The notes: a model not told the origin generated them from the sequence alone. A DNA stretch of 64,000 nt from Candidatus Krumholzibacteriia bacterium (GCA_036351155.1 JAZBOO010000280.1:1-64000), one strand, 5' to 3'. Positions 10,253 to 20,924 are shown, numbered from the stretch's first letter. Numbers and translations: made by a program.

Positions 10253-12091
10253 ATGTACCCCTGCAAGCTTTACCGAACCCCCGCAGCGCGCCCTGCCGCG
10301 GGCCTGGTTTTCCTGATCCTGATCCTGACCTTCCTGCTGGCCGGTTGCGGCGGCGGCGACAAGTCCGGGACTTCCGGAGACAGGGATGCCGTGGTTCTGG
10401 CCACCGTTGGCGAGGTCGAGGTCACCGACCTGGACTACGAGAGGGGCCTGGTCAAGCTGGAGCCCAACGAGCTGCCCGTGGACGACCAGGGCCAGTTCCT
10501 GGACATGGCCGGCCGTGAGGGGAAGAAGGAATTCCTCGAGGTGCTGATCAACAAGGAACTGCTGAACCTCAAGGCGCGGCAGCTGGGTTACGACCAGGAA
10601 CCGGATGCGGTCAATGCCCGTAAAAGCCTGCTGGCCTATCATGCCCAGGAGGCCCTGTGGAAGCAGGTGGTGGGCGAGCCCGCCAACACCATCACCGAGG
10701 AGGAACTGCAGGCCTTCTACGCCAACATGGGGAAGACGCGCAACTGCCAGTTCGTGATCTGCAACTTCATTGAAGATGCACATGCGGCCAAGAAGCACGC
10801 CGAAGGCGGAGCGGACTGGGACGAGATGGTGGACAAGTTCCACGACGGCAGTGAGGATCCCGCCGGCAAGTACGAAATTGCGGTGCCCTACGGCCAGTAC
10901 AGTTCCAGCTTCGAGGACAGGGTTTACGAGATCCCCATCGGCGGGATCACCGAACCGATCAAGACCAGCTACGGCTACTGGGTCCTGCGGGTCATGAATG
11001 AAAAGCAGGGCAAGAAGCCGGACCTGGAGGCGGCCAAGGCCCAGGTGCTGGACATCACCCGCAATCGCAAGATGGGGCGGGCCCGCAACGACTTCCAGGA
11101 ATCGGTCATCGCCAAGCACCAGCTGACCTTCGACGAGGATGTGCTGTGGATCTGCTACCAGGGCATTCCCGAGGGCGATATCATGGATCCGGCCACCAAT
11201 CAGCCCCGCAATCGTGAGGATCTGGAGCCCCTGAACGTGCCGGCGGCCGACCTGGATCGCTTCTTCTTCTCGTACTACCTGGGCGGGGAGCTCAAGGAAT
11301 TCACGCTGGGCGATTACAAGGAGCACTTCGACAAGATGGGTGTGTTCCAGCGTCCCAAGCGCGGCGACATGCTGGGCGGACTGCGCCAGAAGATCACCAA
11401 CGAGGTGGGCAAGGGATTCATGGAAGAGGAAGCCCGCGAGCGCGGTCTGGAAGAGGATCCCGAAGTGGTGGCCAAGGTGGACACCAAGGTCGAGGAGATC
11501 ATGGTCACCCGCCTCTACGGTGATCTGGTCACCTTCGATGAGAGGGTCACCATTCCCCAGATGGACGAGTACTACGCGCAGTATCCCGAGAAATTCCTGG
11601 AGCCCGAGGTGCGCGAAGGCCGCCTGGTGGTCTGCCTGAATCCCAAGCAGGCGGGACAGGCCCGAGACAAGGCCCGGACGGGCGCTCCCTGGCGGGAAAT
11701 CCTCAAGGAATTCGGCAACGACAAGGGTAACATCGCCCAGGGTGGGAAGATCACCAAGGTGATCGTGGGTGAGCCCACGCCCCTGGAAGTGGTGCTGTTC
11801 GCCATGCAGGAGGGCGAAGTCAGCGATCCCTTCCCCATGGAAAACGGGCGCCACGGTGTGGTCATGCTGGAAAGCGTGACTCCGGAGCGGATGCCGGCCC
11901 GTGAGGGACTGAACGAAAAGATTGCCTTCCGCATCAAGAATGAGCGGCGGGAAAAGGCCTTCAAGGACCTTCTGGCCCAGTGGTCCGAGGAGTTCGGGGT
12001 GACCCGCTTCGAGGAGAACCTGGACGGTCTGCCCAGCTACGAGGAACTCAAGACGGTGCAGCAGCCTGAAAACCTGGTGCCGGTGAATTAG
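10253..12091 (+). CDS. Lipoprotein with tandem parvulin (PpiC-type) PPIase-like modules
   Basis: Lipobox LAGC; FED.VY....G.ITEPIKTSYGYWV and G.VSDPFP...G.HGVV parvulin-like segments. Confidence 0.75.
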   Translation: MYPCKLYRTPAARPAAGLVFLILILTFLLAGCGGGDKSGTSGDRDAVVLATVGEVEVTDLDYERGLVKLEPNELPVDDQGQFLDMAGREGKKEFLEVLINKELLNLKARQLGYDQEPDAVNARKSLLAYHAQEALWKQVVGEPANTITEEELQAFYANMGKTRNCQFVICNFIEDAHAAKKHAEGGADWDEMVDKFHDGSEDPAGKYEIAVPYGQYSSSFEDRVYEIPIGGITEPIKTSYGYWVLRVMNEKQGKKPDLEAAKAQVLDITRNRKMGRARNDFQESVIAKHQLTFDEDVLWICYQGIPEGDIMDPATNQPRNREDLEPLNVPAADLDRFFFSYYLGGELKEFTLGDYKEHFDKMGVFQRPKRGDMLGGLRQKITNEVGKGFMEEEARERGLEEDPEVVAKVDTKVEEIMVTRLYGDLVTFDERVTIPQMDEYYAQYPEKFLEPEVREGRLVVCLNPKQAGQARDKARTGAPWREILKEFGNDKGNIAQGGKITKVIVGEPTPLEVVLFAMQEGEVSDPFPMENGRHGVVMLESVTPERMPAREGLNEKIAFRIKNERREKAFKDLLAQWSEEFGVTRFEENLDGLPSYEELKTVQQPENLVPVN

Positions 12092-12099
12092 GAGCCAAA

Positions 12100-13413
12100 A
12101 TGAATCGTTTCCTGCCCATTCTTGTCCTGGTGATGCTCGCGATGTCGTCCTTGTCGCCCGCGATGGCCCAGACCGCCGGCGAAACCCAGCTGGTGGATCG
12201 AATCGTGGCCATCGTGGACGAGGAGGCCATCCTCATGAGCGACCTGGAACGGGAGATGGAACTCTACCGGATGGAACGGGAATACGCGGGCCAGCCGATC
12301 GATCAGAAGCCGGAGGAGATCCGGAGCGAAATGCTGAACCGGCTGGTGGAAAGCAAGCTGATCATCGCGGCGGCCAAGCAGGCGGACATGACCGTTGATG
12401 CGGAGGCCATCAAGGCCAGCGTGGAGCAAAAGATTGATCAGTTTGTCGAGCATTTCGGCTCCATGGAAAATCTCCAGAGCGAGCTGGCCCGCAGTGGGAT
12501 GACCCTGGGCGATTATCGGGCCCGGATGACCAGCCAGCTGATGGATCAACAGTACCTGCGCCTGGTGGTGGGCAAGTATATCCGCCCCGATGTGGAGGTG
12601 CTGGAAAATGAGATCCGGCAGTACTATCTGGACAACCTGGACCAGATGCCGGCCGAGCCCGACAGCGTGACCATCGCCAACATTCTGATCCCGGTGCAGC
12701 CCTCGGTCGATGTGCGGCAGGCGGTGCAGGCGCGGGTTACCGAGGTTCAGGCAGCTCTGGCCAAGGGGACCCCCTTCGCCGACGTGGCGCGCCAGCTGAG
12801 CATGGGACCCAACGCCGCGCGGGGGGGAGCCATCGGAACCCTGGCCCCCGGCGACCTGTTCGATCCCAACCTGGACCGGGCGGCCTTCGCGCTGGCGGCC
12901 GGTCAGGTGAGTGAACCGGTGGTCAGCACCCGCGGTGTGCATCTGCTGCGGGTCGATGCCGTGCAGCCCGACGGGCGTCGGGCCATCAGCCAGATCTTCT
13001 TTCCCATCGAGATCACCGAGGCCGACATGAACGCGGCCAAGGCCCGCATGGACCAGGCCCGCAACCGGGTTCTGCAGGGCGAGAGCTTTGCTCTGGTGGC
13101 GGCCGAGGTCAGTGGTGATCCGGTTTCGGCCCGGGCGGGCGGGGTGCTGGGAACCTTCCGGCTGGAAGATCTGAGTGCCCAGTTCCAGGAAGTCCTGGAA
13201 CCGGCCAACATCGGCGAGATCACCGAACCGGTGCTGACGCCGGCGGGGTGGTATGTGTTCCTGGTGCAGGACCGCAGGGATGGCCACCGCTACACCTTCG
13301 AGGAATTGAAGGAAGATCTGCGCCAGGTGGTGGAAGGGCAAAAGATCGAGGCGGCCCTGGCCGAGTATGTGGCCGGGCTGAGGAATCGGTTCTTCATCGA
13401 CGAGAAAAGCTGA
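12100..13413 (+). CDS. surA: SurA-like periplasmic chaperone/PPIase
   Basis: Signal peptide, LVDRIVAIVDEEAILMSDL SurA N-domain, two parvulin domains (GQVSEPVVSTRGVHL; GEITEPVLTPAGWYV). Confidence 0.85.
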   Translation: MNRFLPILVLVMLAMSSLSPAMAQTAGETQLVDRIVAIVDEEAILMSDLEREMELYRMEREYAGQPIDQKPEEIRSEMLNRLVESKLIIAAAKQADMTVDAEAIKASVEQKIDQFVEHFGSMENLQSELARSGMTLGDYRARMTSQLMDQQYLRLVVGKYIRPDVEVLENEIRQYYLDNLDQMPAEPDSVTIANILIPVQPSVDVRQAVQARVTEVQAALAKGTPFADVARQLSMGPNAARGGAIGTLAPGDLFDPNLDRAAFALAAGQVSEPVVSTRGVHLLRVDAVQPDGRRAISQIFFPIEITEADMNAAKARMDQARNRVLQGESFALVAAEVSGDPVSARAGGVLGTFRLEDLSAQFQEVLEPANIGEITEPVLTPAGWYVFLVQDRRDGHRYTFEELKEDLRQVVEGQKIEAALAEYVAGLRNRFFIDEKS

Positions 13414-13442
13414 CCGCCATCGCGATCCGGAAATTGGACGGC

Positions 13443-14933
13443 TCAGGGACCCTGCTCCCTGAGCCGTTTTGTTTCGGCCTCCAGAAAGGCGGGCAACCAG
13501 GGGAAGGCTTCCAGCAGGTTGCCGCAATTCTCGGCGAAGGCGCTCATGACCTCGGGGTTGCGGCTGCTCCAGAGCAGGGTGATCCATTCCTTGAGCAGAC
13601 GGTCGGCGGTGTCCTGGTCGGTGTCGAGGGTGCCCTGGAAATCCTGCCCCACCGCCAGTTGACAGACCAGCAGACCCAGCTGCGCGATGGGATCAGGACC
13701 GGAGTGCCGCGCCAGGATCTGGCCCGCGCCTGCCGGTCGGCCCTGACCCAGCAGCAGCCGCGCGCAGGGAATGGCCGCTTCGGGGTGGGCGTTGAGATGG
13801 TCCCCGAGGGGGGCCTGTTCCGGGTCAAATCCCGCGCAAACCGAGAGGGCCATCAGGGCCTCGGTGTCGGTGGGGGCCGAGACAGCCGCCTGCCTGGCCA
13901 GGATCGAGGCCCGGTCTCGATCGCCACGGTTCAGGGCCAGACGGCATAGTCCCAGAAGTGGGCGGGTCACCGCCAGCTGACTGGCCGCATCGGCAGGGAG
14001 ATCCAGGCAGCGCTGGAAGGCTGCACCCGCCTGGTCCGTTTGCTCCGCCGCCTCATGCAGCAGACCCCGCTGCAGCCACCAGGCGGCCGATTCCCCTGAC
14101 CAGTGGCGATGAGCGTCCAGCCAGGTGAGTCCTTCGCGGGGATCGCTGAACAGCCTCTGCACCATCATGGCCGCCAGTTCACCGCTCCAGGCCCGGCCCT
14201 TGAGGTCTTGCGCCTGCTGGGGCGTCAGCCCGGCCAGGTGCTCCACACAGGCGTGAGCCTCCTGCCGGCCCAGATCCTGATCTTCCCAGAAACGCGCGAT
14301 TTCCAGGATCTTGAACCGACAGTAAAAATCCTCGGGATCCTGCTCCAGGGACAGCCGCAACAGGGTCAGATCCCGATCCTTCTTGTTGCGGTCGGCGGCC
14401 ACCTCACGCACGTAGCCCAGGTGGTCGACCACGCCGTCGAGGTGGACCAGTTTCAAGCTCTCGCGCCCGAGCATGTCCTGTACGGGGACCGAGATATCCT
14501 CGTGGATGCGGTAGCGAAAGCGCACCTCGGGCCGGTTGCGGAACAGTCGCAGAAGCCGGCTTTCCCGCCGGTGTCCCCCGGGCAGCTGGTTGCGCATGAC
14601 CACCGTGGCCGCCCCGGCCTGCGGGTCGTGCACCAGCCGGCGAATTTCCGCTTTCAATGTGGGGCTCACACGTTCATCGGCATCGAGGAACAGGATCCAC
14701 TGGCCGGTGGCCGGCTGCAGAGAGGCGTTGCGGGCGGCGGCAAAATCATCGTCCCAGGGATAATCCACCAGCTGGGCTCCGGCCTGCTTCAGCAGGGCGG
14801 CCGAGGCATCCCTTGATCCGGTGTCCACGGCGATGAATTCATCCCACAGCCCATCCACAGCCGCCAGGAAGTCGGGCAGCATGGTTTCTTCATCACGAAA
14901 AATCATACACAAGCTCAAGATGGGCCGGGGCAT
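13443..14933 (-). CDS. Glycosyltransferase family 2 with TPR-like C-terminus
   Basis: LSLCMI.RDEE, VDTGS.D, W.DDFAAARN, WILFLDADE, RIHE; helical repeat-like tail. Confidence 0.85.
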   Translation of the reverse strand: MPRPILSLCMIFRDEETMLPDFLAAVDGLWDEFIAVDTGSRDASAALLKQAGAQLVDYPWDDDFAAARNASLQPATGQWILFLDADERVSPTLKAEIRRLVHDPQAGAATVVMRNQLPGGHRRESRLLRLFRNRPEVRFRYRIHEDISVPVQDMLGRESLKLVHLDGVVDHLGYVREVAADRNKKDRDLTLLRLSLEQDPEDFYCRFKILEIARFWEDQDLGRQEAHACVEHLAGLTPQQAQDLKGRAWSGELAAMMVQRLFSDPREGLTWLDAHRHWSGESAAWWLQRGLLHEAAEQTDQAGAAFQRCLDLPADAASQLAVTRPLLGLCRLALNRGDRDRASILARQAAVSAPTDTEALMALSVCAGFDPEQAPLGDHLNAHPEAAIPCARLLLGQGRPAGAGQILARHSGPDPIAQLGLLVCQLAVGQDFQGTLDTDQDTADRLLKEWITLLWSSRNPEVMSAFAENCGNLLEAFPWLPAFLEAETKRLREQGP

Positions 14934-14981
14934 GGGTGCTCCTGTTCGGGGAGAAAGTTGACCGGGACATTATGACCTTCC

Positions 14982-14997
14982 GGGCACGGATTGTGCA
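14982..14997 (+). promoter_or_regulatory. Putative sigma54 (-24/-12) promoter for the ftsEX operon
   Basis: GGGCACGGATTGTGCA: GG-N10-GC, close to consensus TGGCACGNNNNTTGCW, intergenic, ~90 nt before ftsE. Confidence 0.5.
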
Positions 14998-15085
14998 ACC
15001 TATCACCTGAACAGAACGTGCACGGCCCCCGGGCCGGGCTGCGGCTGGACCCCAGAACGGGTCCGTCAAACCACAGGAGAAGACC

Positions 15086-15880
15086 TTGGCCACCGACATC
15101 AGCGGAACAGGGCAGGACAAGAGCAGCGGACCGCTCGATGCCCGCACGATCATCAACTTCTACCGGGTCAATCTGGAGTACAAGGATCAGATGGCCCTGC
15201 GGGATATCAATTTCTCGGTGGACAACGGGGAGTTCCTTTGCCTGACCGGGCCCAGCGGCGCAGGCAAGAGCAGCATCCTGCGCCTGATCGCCATGGATGC
15301 CATCCCCACGCGCGGCGAAGTGATCGTCAAGGGGATGCTGGCCACGAAGATGAATCGCAAGAAGATCGCCCTGCTGCGGCGCGAGATAGGGTTCGTTTTC
15401 CAGGACTTCCGGCTGCTGGAAGACCGCAGCGTGGAAGAGAACGTTGCTTTCGCGCAACTCGTTGTGGGCGTGTCAAATGCTGAGATCAAGAAGAACGTCA
15501 TGCGCGTGCTCACCCAGGTGGGCTTGCACGACAAGAAGCACCGCCGGCCCCGCGAGCTGAGCGGCGGGGAGCAGCAGCGGGTGGCCATCGCCCGGGCCAT
15601 GGTCAACAGTCCCAAGATCCTGCTGGCCGACGAGCCCACCGGCAACCTCGATCCGGTCACTGCGCAGGAGATCATCGACCTGCTGTTCCGCATCAACGAT
15701 GGGGGCACCTGCGTGATCTTCAGCACCCACGACCACGAAATCGTCAAGACCTTCGGCCAGAGGGTCATGATCATCGACGGGGGCAAGGTCAAGTCCGATA
15801 TCCAGCGCCGCCAGGCGGTCGACCGCAACGCCCGTCTGACCGACAAGATGTTCCAGGCCGAGGAGGCCCTCCATGCTTAA
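15086..15880 (+). CDS. ftsE: Cell division ABC ATPase FtsE
   Basis: GPSGAGKS, IGFVFQDFRLL, LSGGEQQRVAIARA, LADEPTGNLD; precedes ftsX. Confidence 0.93.
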   Translation: MATDISGTGQDKSSGPLDARTIINFYRVNLEYKDQMALRDINFSVDNGEFLCLTGPSGAGKSSILRLIAMDAIPTRGEVIVKGMLATKMNRKKIALLRREIGFVFQDFRLLEDRSVEENVAFAQLVVGVSNAEIKKNVMRVLTQVGLHDKKHRRPRELSGGEQQRVAIARAMVNSPKILLADEPTGNLDPVTAQEIIDLLFRINDGGTCVIFSTHDHEIVKTFGQRVMIIDGGKVKSDIQRRQAVDRNARLTDKMFQAEEALHA

Positions 15881-16757
15881 GCGCGCCCAGTTCAGCTACA
15901 TCGTGCGGGAATCGTTCGCCGGCTTCCACCGGCGGAAATTGACCACGGGTGTCACCATCCTGATCATGGGTTCGTCCCTGCTGGTCCTGGCCGTCCTGAC
16001 CCTGGCCACCCTGAATCTGGGCTATCTGCTGGAATCGGCCCGCGCCAGCATCGACGTGCGGGTTTTCCTGAAGGAAGGCCTGGCCACCGAGGAGGTGGCC
16101 GAGCTTCAGCCCCGCCTGGTGGTCATTCCCGGGGTGCAGCAGGTGAACTTCATCACGCCGGAGGCGGCCCTGCACGAGTTCCGGGCCAGCCTGGGGGAAG
16201 ATGCCGACATTCTCGACCTGATGGACACCAACCCCTTGCCCGCCTCTTACCACCTGACGCTGAATCCGAACGCGCGCAACCTGGACGCCGTGCGGGCGAT
16301 CCGGGACGAGATCGCCGCCTGGCCCGAATCGGGCGACGTGGTGTTCAACCAGGCCTGGGTGGACGCGCTGGAGGCCTGGGCTTTCCGCTTCCAGGTGGCC
16401 AGCCTGATCGTGGGCCTGGTGGTCTTCTTCGCGGCCGTGTTCGTGATCTCCAACACCGTCAAGCTGACCATGGCGGCCAACGCCCGGGTGATCTCCATCC
16501 AGAAGCTGGTCGGGGCCACCAACGGGTTCATTCGCACGCCCTACCTCATGGAAGGCATCATCCAGGGGCTGCTGGCCGGAATGCTGGCCATGGGGCTGCT
16601 GGCCGGGGCGGGACATATCTTCGGCGATCAGGTGGGCGACGTGGTTTTCTTCGCGCCCGGTCAGATTGCCGGCTTTATCGGCTTCTGCGTGTTGCTGGGA
16701 TTCCTGGGGTCCTGGTCGGCCATGCGCAAGTACCTGCGCCTGGGGAGTGAAATCTGA
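15873..16757 (+). CDS. ftsX: Cell division permease FtsX
   Basis: NPLPASY, ISNTVKL, KLVGATNGFIRTPYLMEG; 4-TM pattern. Confidence 0.92.
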   Translation: MLKRAQFSYIVRESFAGFHRRKLTTGVTILIMGSSLLVLAVLTLATLNLGYLLESARASIDVRVFLKEGLATEEVAELQPRLVVIPGVQQVNFITPEAALHEFRASLGEDADILDLMDTNPLPASYHLTLNPNARNLDAVRAIRDEIAAWPESGDVVFNQAWVDALEAWAFRFQVASLIVGLVVFFAAVFVISNTVKLTMAANARVISIQKLVGATNGFIRTPYLMEGIIQGLLAGMLAMGLLAGAGHIFGDQVGDVVFFAPGQIAGFIGFCVLLGFLGSWSAMRKYLRLGSEI

Positions 16758-17962
16758 TGACATGGTGGCGTAAAAGCAGTGCCTGGTTGCTGATTCCGGT
16801 GGCCATGTTGACCCTGGCGGTGGCCGGGGCCCAGGAGAACGATCGCAATGCCGATCTGTTGCGGGGCAAGATGGCCGAGAGCGAGAAGGAGCTGACGGCC
16901 ATCCGCGAGGAGATCAGGGCCCAGCAGAACCGGATGAAGGGGCTGGACACCCGTGAGGCCGAGGTGACCCGGGACCATCAGGAAATCCTGGCCGAGATCG
17001 ACCTGATCCAGCAGCTGCTCAGCGGCATGGATCAGCGTCAGCGCCTGCTCGAAGAGCAGAAGGAGGGGCTGCAGGTTTCCCTGGAGCGCAGCCGGCGCGC
17101 CTACCGGGGGGGGCAGGAAGCCCTGGCGGAAAACCTGCGGGCCATGTACCGGCGGGGCCGTTTCGGACGGGTGGAGATGATCCTCACCTCGCCCAGCTTT
17201 TCCAGCTTCGTGACCCGGATGCGCTACGAAGCCCTGCTGACCCGGCTGGGTGCGGGGCTGGTGGAGCAGACCAAGCAGGAAGCCATCAACATCCACAGCC
17301 GGCAGAAGCAGCTGGAAGTGGCCCAGGCCGAGATCAACCTCTCGCGGCAGGAGGCTTCGGCCCAGACCAGCCGCCTGGAAGATCTGGTGGCCGAGCAGAT
17401 GGCCGCCTTGCGCGACCTCAAGGGTGAGCGTCAGAGCATCAGCGGCCGTTTGCTGGAACTGAGCATGAACGAGCAGCGACTGTCCTACGTGCTGGAAGAC
17501 CTTGAGCAGCAGCGCCAGGAGAAAGCCGCGCGCCAGGTGCCTCCGACCACGGGCTCGCTGCAGGAGATGGCCGGGCAGCTGGAATGGCCCGTTCAGGGCG
17601 AGCTGCCGCGGGGGTTCGGCCGGTCGGTGCACCCACGATTCAAGACCGTCACCCTGAACAATGGTGTGAACATTGCCGCGTCGGTGGGGGCCCCGGTGGC
17701 CGCCGTGGGCCTGGGCGTGGTGGAATTCGCGGATGTTTTGCCTGGATTCGGTCAATGCGTTATCCTTGATCACGACAATGGGTACTACACCCTTTACGCG
17801 CATCTGGACCGGACCTTCGTGACCAAGGGGCAGGATATTGCCCGAGGCCAGGTCATTGCCGAGGTCGGACGCCCCGAACCCGGAGAGCCCTCGCAGCTCT
17901 ATTTCGAGGTTCGGCTGGGCAAGACGCCCCTGGATCCCGCCGACTGGTTGAGGACGCGGTAG
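16757..17962 (+). CDS. envC: EnvC-like murein hydrolase activator (coiled coil + M23 domain)
   Basis: Signal peptide, long coiled coil, WPVQG...NNGVNI (degenerate HxxxD), LYAHL, LYFEVR. Confidence 0.85.
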   Translation: MTWWRKSSAWLLIPVAMLTLAVAGAQENDRNADLLRGKMAESEKELTAIREEIRAQQNRMKGLDTREAEVTRDHQEILAEIDLIQQLLSGMDQRQRLLEEQKEGLQVSLERSRRAYRGGQEALAENLRAMYRRGRFGRVEMILTSPSFSSFVTRMRYEALLTRLGAGLVEQTKQEAINIHSRQKQLEVAQAEINLSRQEASAQTSRLEDLVAEQMAALRDLKGERQSISGRLLELSMNEQRLSYVLEDLEQQRQEKAARQVPPTTGSLQEMAGQLEWPVQGELPRGFGRSVHPRFKTVTLNNGVNIAASVGAPVAAVGLGVVEFADVLPGFGQCVILDHDNGYYTLYAHLDRTFVTKGQDIARGQVIAEVGRPEPGEPSQLYFEVRLGKTPLDPADWLRTR

Positions 17963-18005
17963 TTCCGGACCCGACCGCGCACCCATCCGAACAGCGGAGC
18001 ATACC

Positions 18006-19187
18006 GTGGGCAGGACCGCCTTTCCCGGCCGCCAGGCCGTTCTCGACAAGCTGCTCCAGGTCAAGCAGGGCGACAAGCTGGGGCAACCGTTCCTGCTGGT
18101 GGGGCCCGAGGGCAGCGGCAAGGAAAACACCGCCCTCGAATTTGCCCGCTTGCTCAACTGTGTCGCGCCGCAGACCTGCGGGCCCGCCCGCCTGTGTGAA
18201 AGCTGCGTCAAGATCCTGGGCTTCCAGCACCCTGATGTCCGCTGGATCGGGCCGGCCCCGGCGGCCATCAAGGAAGCCGAGGTGCGGGACCTCTTCGATG
18301 CCAAGATCGCCAACCCCTTCTTTCAGCCGCCCTACGCCGCCACCAGTTTCGTCAGCATCGGCGATCCCGAAAATCCGGGCCCGCTCTCCATCCGGTCCAT
18401 CATCCACTTTCTGCGGCGGCGTGCTTTTCAGAGCCCGTACAAGGTGGCCGTGGTGGCCGACGGCCATCGCATGAACGCGGCGGCGGCCAACGCCTTTCTG
18501 AAAACACTGGAGGAGCCGCCTCCGGCCACGGTCATCTTCGTGCTGAGCACCGGCACCGAGGGCATGCTGCCCACCATCCTGTCCCGCTGCCAGAAGATCC
18601 GCTTCGAGCCCTGGCCCGAGACCGAGCTGGTCACGCTGCTAGGCACCATGACCGATCAGCCGCCCGAGGCGGTGAGCCAGGCCGTGCGCGTCAGCGACGG
18701 CAATGCGCGTCGGGCTCTGGAACTGCTGCGGCCCGAAACCGGGATGGTGCTGGACTGGGCGGCCCAGGTCTTCGGCTGGATCCAGGAGCAGAGACATGCC
18801 CTGGCCGGCATTGCGGCCGATGAGATCCACCGCGGCCTGCTGGGGCACGCCGTGCTGCCGGAAGGGGCGGGGCCCAAGACGGGTGAGCTGAAGGACACGG
18901 CCAGCCGGCGCAATCGCGCAATCCAGTTGTGTGAACTGCTCAACTTGCACTACAGTGACACGGTGGGCCTGATCGAGGCCGGCGACCAGTGGCCTTGCCG
19001 ACTGCCCGCGATGGCGTCGGTCACGGGCCAGGCGGCGCGCCGTCGACAGACGGCCACCTTGCTGAAGGACATGGAAAGGATCGATGCCGCCCGCGGGGAC
19101 ATCGACCGCAACCTCAACATCGGACTGGTCCTGGCGGTCCTGTTCGAAGAATTGATAGAGAATGTCCGAAGAGATCAGACCAGCTGA
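18006..19187 (+). CDS. holB: DNA polymerase III subunit delta'
   Basis: GPEGSGK, LNC...CESC...HPDV, AANAFLKTLEEPP, LPTILSRCQ. Confidence 0.9.
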   Translation: MGRTAFPGRQAVLDKLLQVKQGDKLGQPFLLVGPEGSGKENTALEFARLLNCVAPQTCGPARLCESCVKILGFQHPDVRWIGPAPAAIKEAEVRDLFDAKIANPFFQPPYAATSFVSIGDPENPGPLSIRSIIHFLRRRAFQSPYKVAVVADGHRMNAAAANAFLKTLEEPPPATVIFVLSTGTEGMLPTILSRCQKIRFEPWPETELVTLLGTMTDQPPEAVSQAVRVSDGNARRALELLRPETGMVLDWAAQVFGWIQEQRHALAGIAADEIHRGLLGHAVLPEGAGPKTGELKDTASRRNRAIQLCELLNLHYSDTVGLIEAGDQWPCRLPAMASVTGQAARRRQTATLLKDMERIDAARGDIDRNLNIGLVLAVLFEELIENVRRDQTS

Positions 19188-20124
19188 TGAATCCATCCCG
19201 GGCCCGGTGCCCGGTCTGGATGTCCCCTTGCCGGCTCCGGATGAGCCGGAGCTGGTGCTGGTGCAGTTCAAGGGCCACCGCAAGGGCTACTATCACAATC
19301 GGAACCGGCTGGATCTGGTGCGCGGTCAGTACTGCGTGGTCGAGGCGGACCGGGGCCGCGACATGGGGCGGATCACCTACATCGGGCCCGGCAAGCCGGA
19401 GTGGTGGGGCACCGCCAACATGCAGGGTGTGCTGGCGGTGGCCGACGAGAAGGACCTGGAACGACTGCACAACAATCGGGGCGACGAGTGGGAGTTCTGG
19501 GATATCTGCCAGGAGAAGATCCAGTACCGTCGGTTGAAGATGAACCTGGTCAGCGTCGAGCGGCAGTTCGACCACAAGAAGATCACCTTTTATTTCACGG
19601 CCGAGAAGCGGGTCGACTTTCGCGAACTTGTGCGGGACCTGGCCGCCGTGTTCCGCACCCGCATCGAGCTGCGGCAAATCGGTGTGCGCGATGAGGCTCG
19701 TCTGAAGGGCGGGCTGGGCATCTGCGGCCGCGAGTTCTGCTGCTCCGGTTTCCTTCACGAATTTTTGCCCGTCACCCTGAAGATGGCCAAGGTGCAGCAG
19801 CTGCCCCTGAACCCCGGCAAGCTGAGCGGCCCCTGTGGCCGGCTGCGCTGCTGCCTGACCTTCGAGCAGGATGTGTATCAGGAAGTCCGCCGTCGGTTGC
19901 CCCGCGTGGGGGCCAGGGTGCAGACACCCGCCGGCCCCGGAACGGTGCGCAAGCTGGACCTGCTGCAGGAAGAGGTGGGCGTTTCGGTGCCCGGAGTGGA
20001 TGGACTGAGCGTCTATCGCGCGGCGGACCTGTGCTGGGACGGCGATGCTGATCTGCCCGAGCCGCGATCAATAAATTCGTCCAGCTGTGGCCAGGGCGGC
20101 TGTTCCCGGAGAGGCCCCCATTGA
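19162..20124 (+). CDS. ricT: PSP1/RicT (YaaT) family protein
   Basis: FYFTAEKRVDFRELVRDLA...RIELRQIGVRDEA, CGREFCCS, KLSGPCGRLRCCL. Confidence 0.92.
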   Translation: MSEEIRPADESIPGPVPGLDVPLPAPDEPELVLVQFKGHRKGYYHNRNRLDLVRGQYCVVEADRGRDMGRITYIGPGKPEWWGTANMQGVLAVADEKDLERLHNNRGDEWEFWDICQEKIQYRRLKMNLVSVERQFDHKKITFYFTAEKRVDFRELVRDLAAVFRTRIELRQIGVRDEARLKGGLGICGREFCCSGFLHEFLPVTLKMAKVQQLPLNPGKLSGPCGRLRCCLTFEQDVYQEVRRRLPRVGARVQTPAGPGTVRKLDLLQEEVGVSVPGVDGLSVYRAADLCWDGDADLPEPRSINSSSCGQGGCSRRGPH

Positions 20125-20924
20125 TCGACAGCCACGTCCACCTGAACCGCCAGGAACTTTCCGGTGAAACCGCCGCCGTTCTGGAACGGGCCGCCGCCGC
20201 CGGTGTCCACGGCTTCCTGAACGTGGGGTATGATCTGGAGACCAGCGAAGCCTCCATTGCCCTGGCCGAATCCGACCCCCGCATTCTGGCCACCGTGGGC
20301 ATTCATCCTCATGACGCGCTGCTGCTGGCCGACGACCAGGGGAAAATCACCCCCGCTGGTGAAACCGCCCTGGCCCGGCTGGAAGAGCTGGCGGCGCATC
20401 CCCGGGTGGTGGGCATCGGGGAAATCGGTCTCGATTTTTTTCGCGACCTTTCGCCCCGTCCGGCCCAGGCGGCGGCCATGACCTGGCAGCTGCAGCTGGC
20501 CAATCGGCTGGAACTGCCGGTGGTGTTCCATATCCGTGACGCCTGGCCGGAAACCCTGCAGCTGATCGACCAGGTGGGTGTTCCGGTCAAGGGCGGCGTG
20601 CTCCACAGTTTCAGCGGCACGCCCGAGAATGTGGAATGGGCTCGGGCCCGGGGCATGCACCTGGGGATTGGCGGGCCGGTGACCTACAAGAACAGCCACC
20701 TGCCCCAGCTGGTGGAGCAGGCGGGCCTGGACCTGCTGCTTCTGGAAACCGATGCGCCCTGGCTGCCCCCGGTGCCCTACCGGGGCAAGCGCAACGAGCC
20801 GGCTTATCTGGCCCATACCCGCGATGGCATCGCTTTGGCACTGAACTTGCCACCAGATGAGGTGGCCCAGAGGACCACAGCCAACTTCCAGCAGATCTTC
20901 GGCGGAGGACTCGGTGACACGTAG
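20121..20924 (+). CDS. tatD: TatD family nuclease
   Basis: IDSHVHL, GIHPHD, IGEIGLD, H.RDA, VLHSF, LETDAP. Confidence 0.93.
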   Translation: MIDSHVHLNRQELSGETAAVLERAAAAGVHGFLNVGYDLETSEASIALAESDPRILATVGIHPHDALLLADDQGKITPAGETALARLEELAAHPRVVGIGEIGLDFFRDLSPRPAQAAAMTWQLQLANRLELPVVFHIRDAWPETLQLIDQVGVPVKGGVLHSFSGTPENVEWARARGMHLGIGGPVTYKNSHLPQLVEQAGLDLLLLETDAPWLPPVPYRGKRNEPAYLAHTRDGIALALNLPPDEVAQRTTANFQQIFGGGLGDT

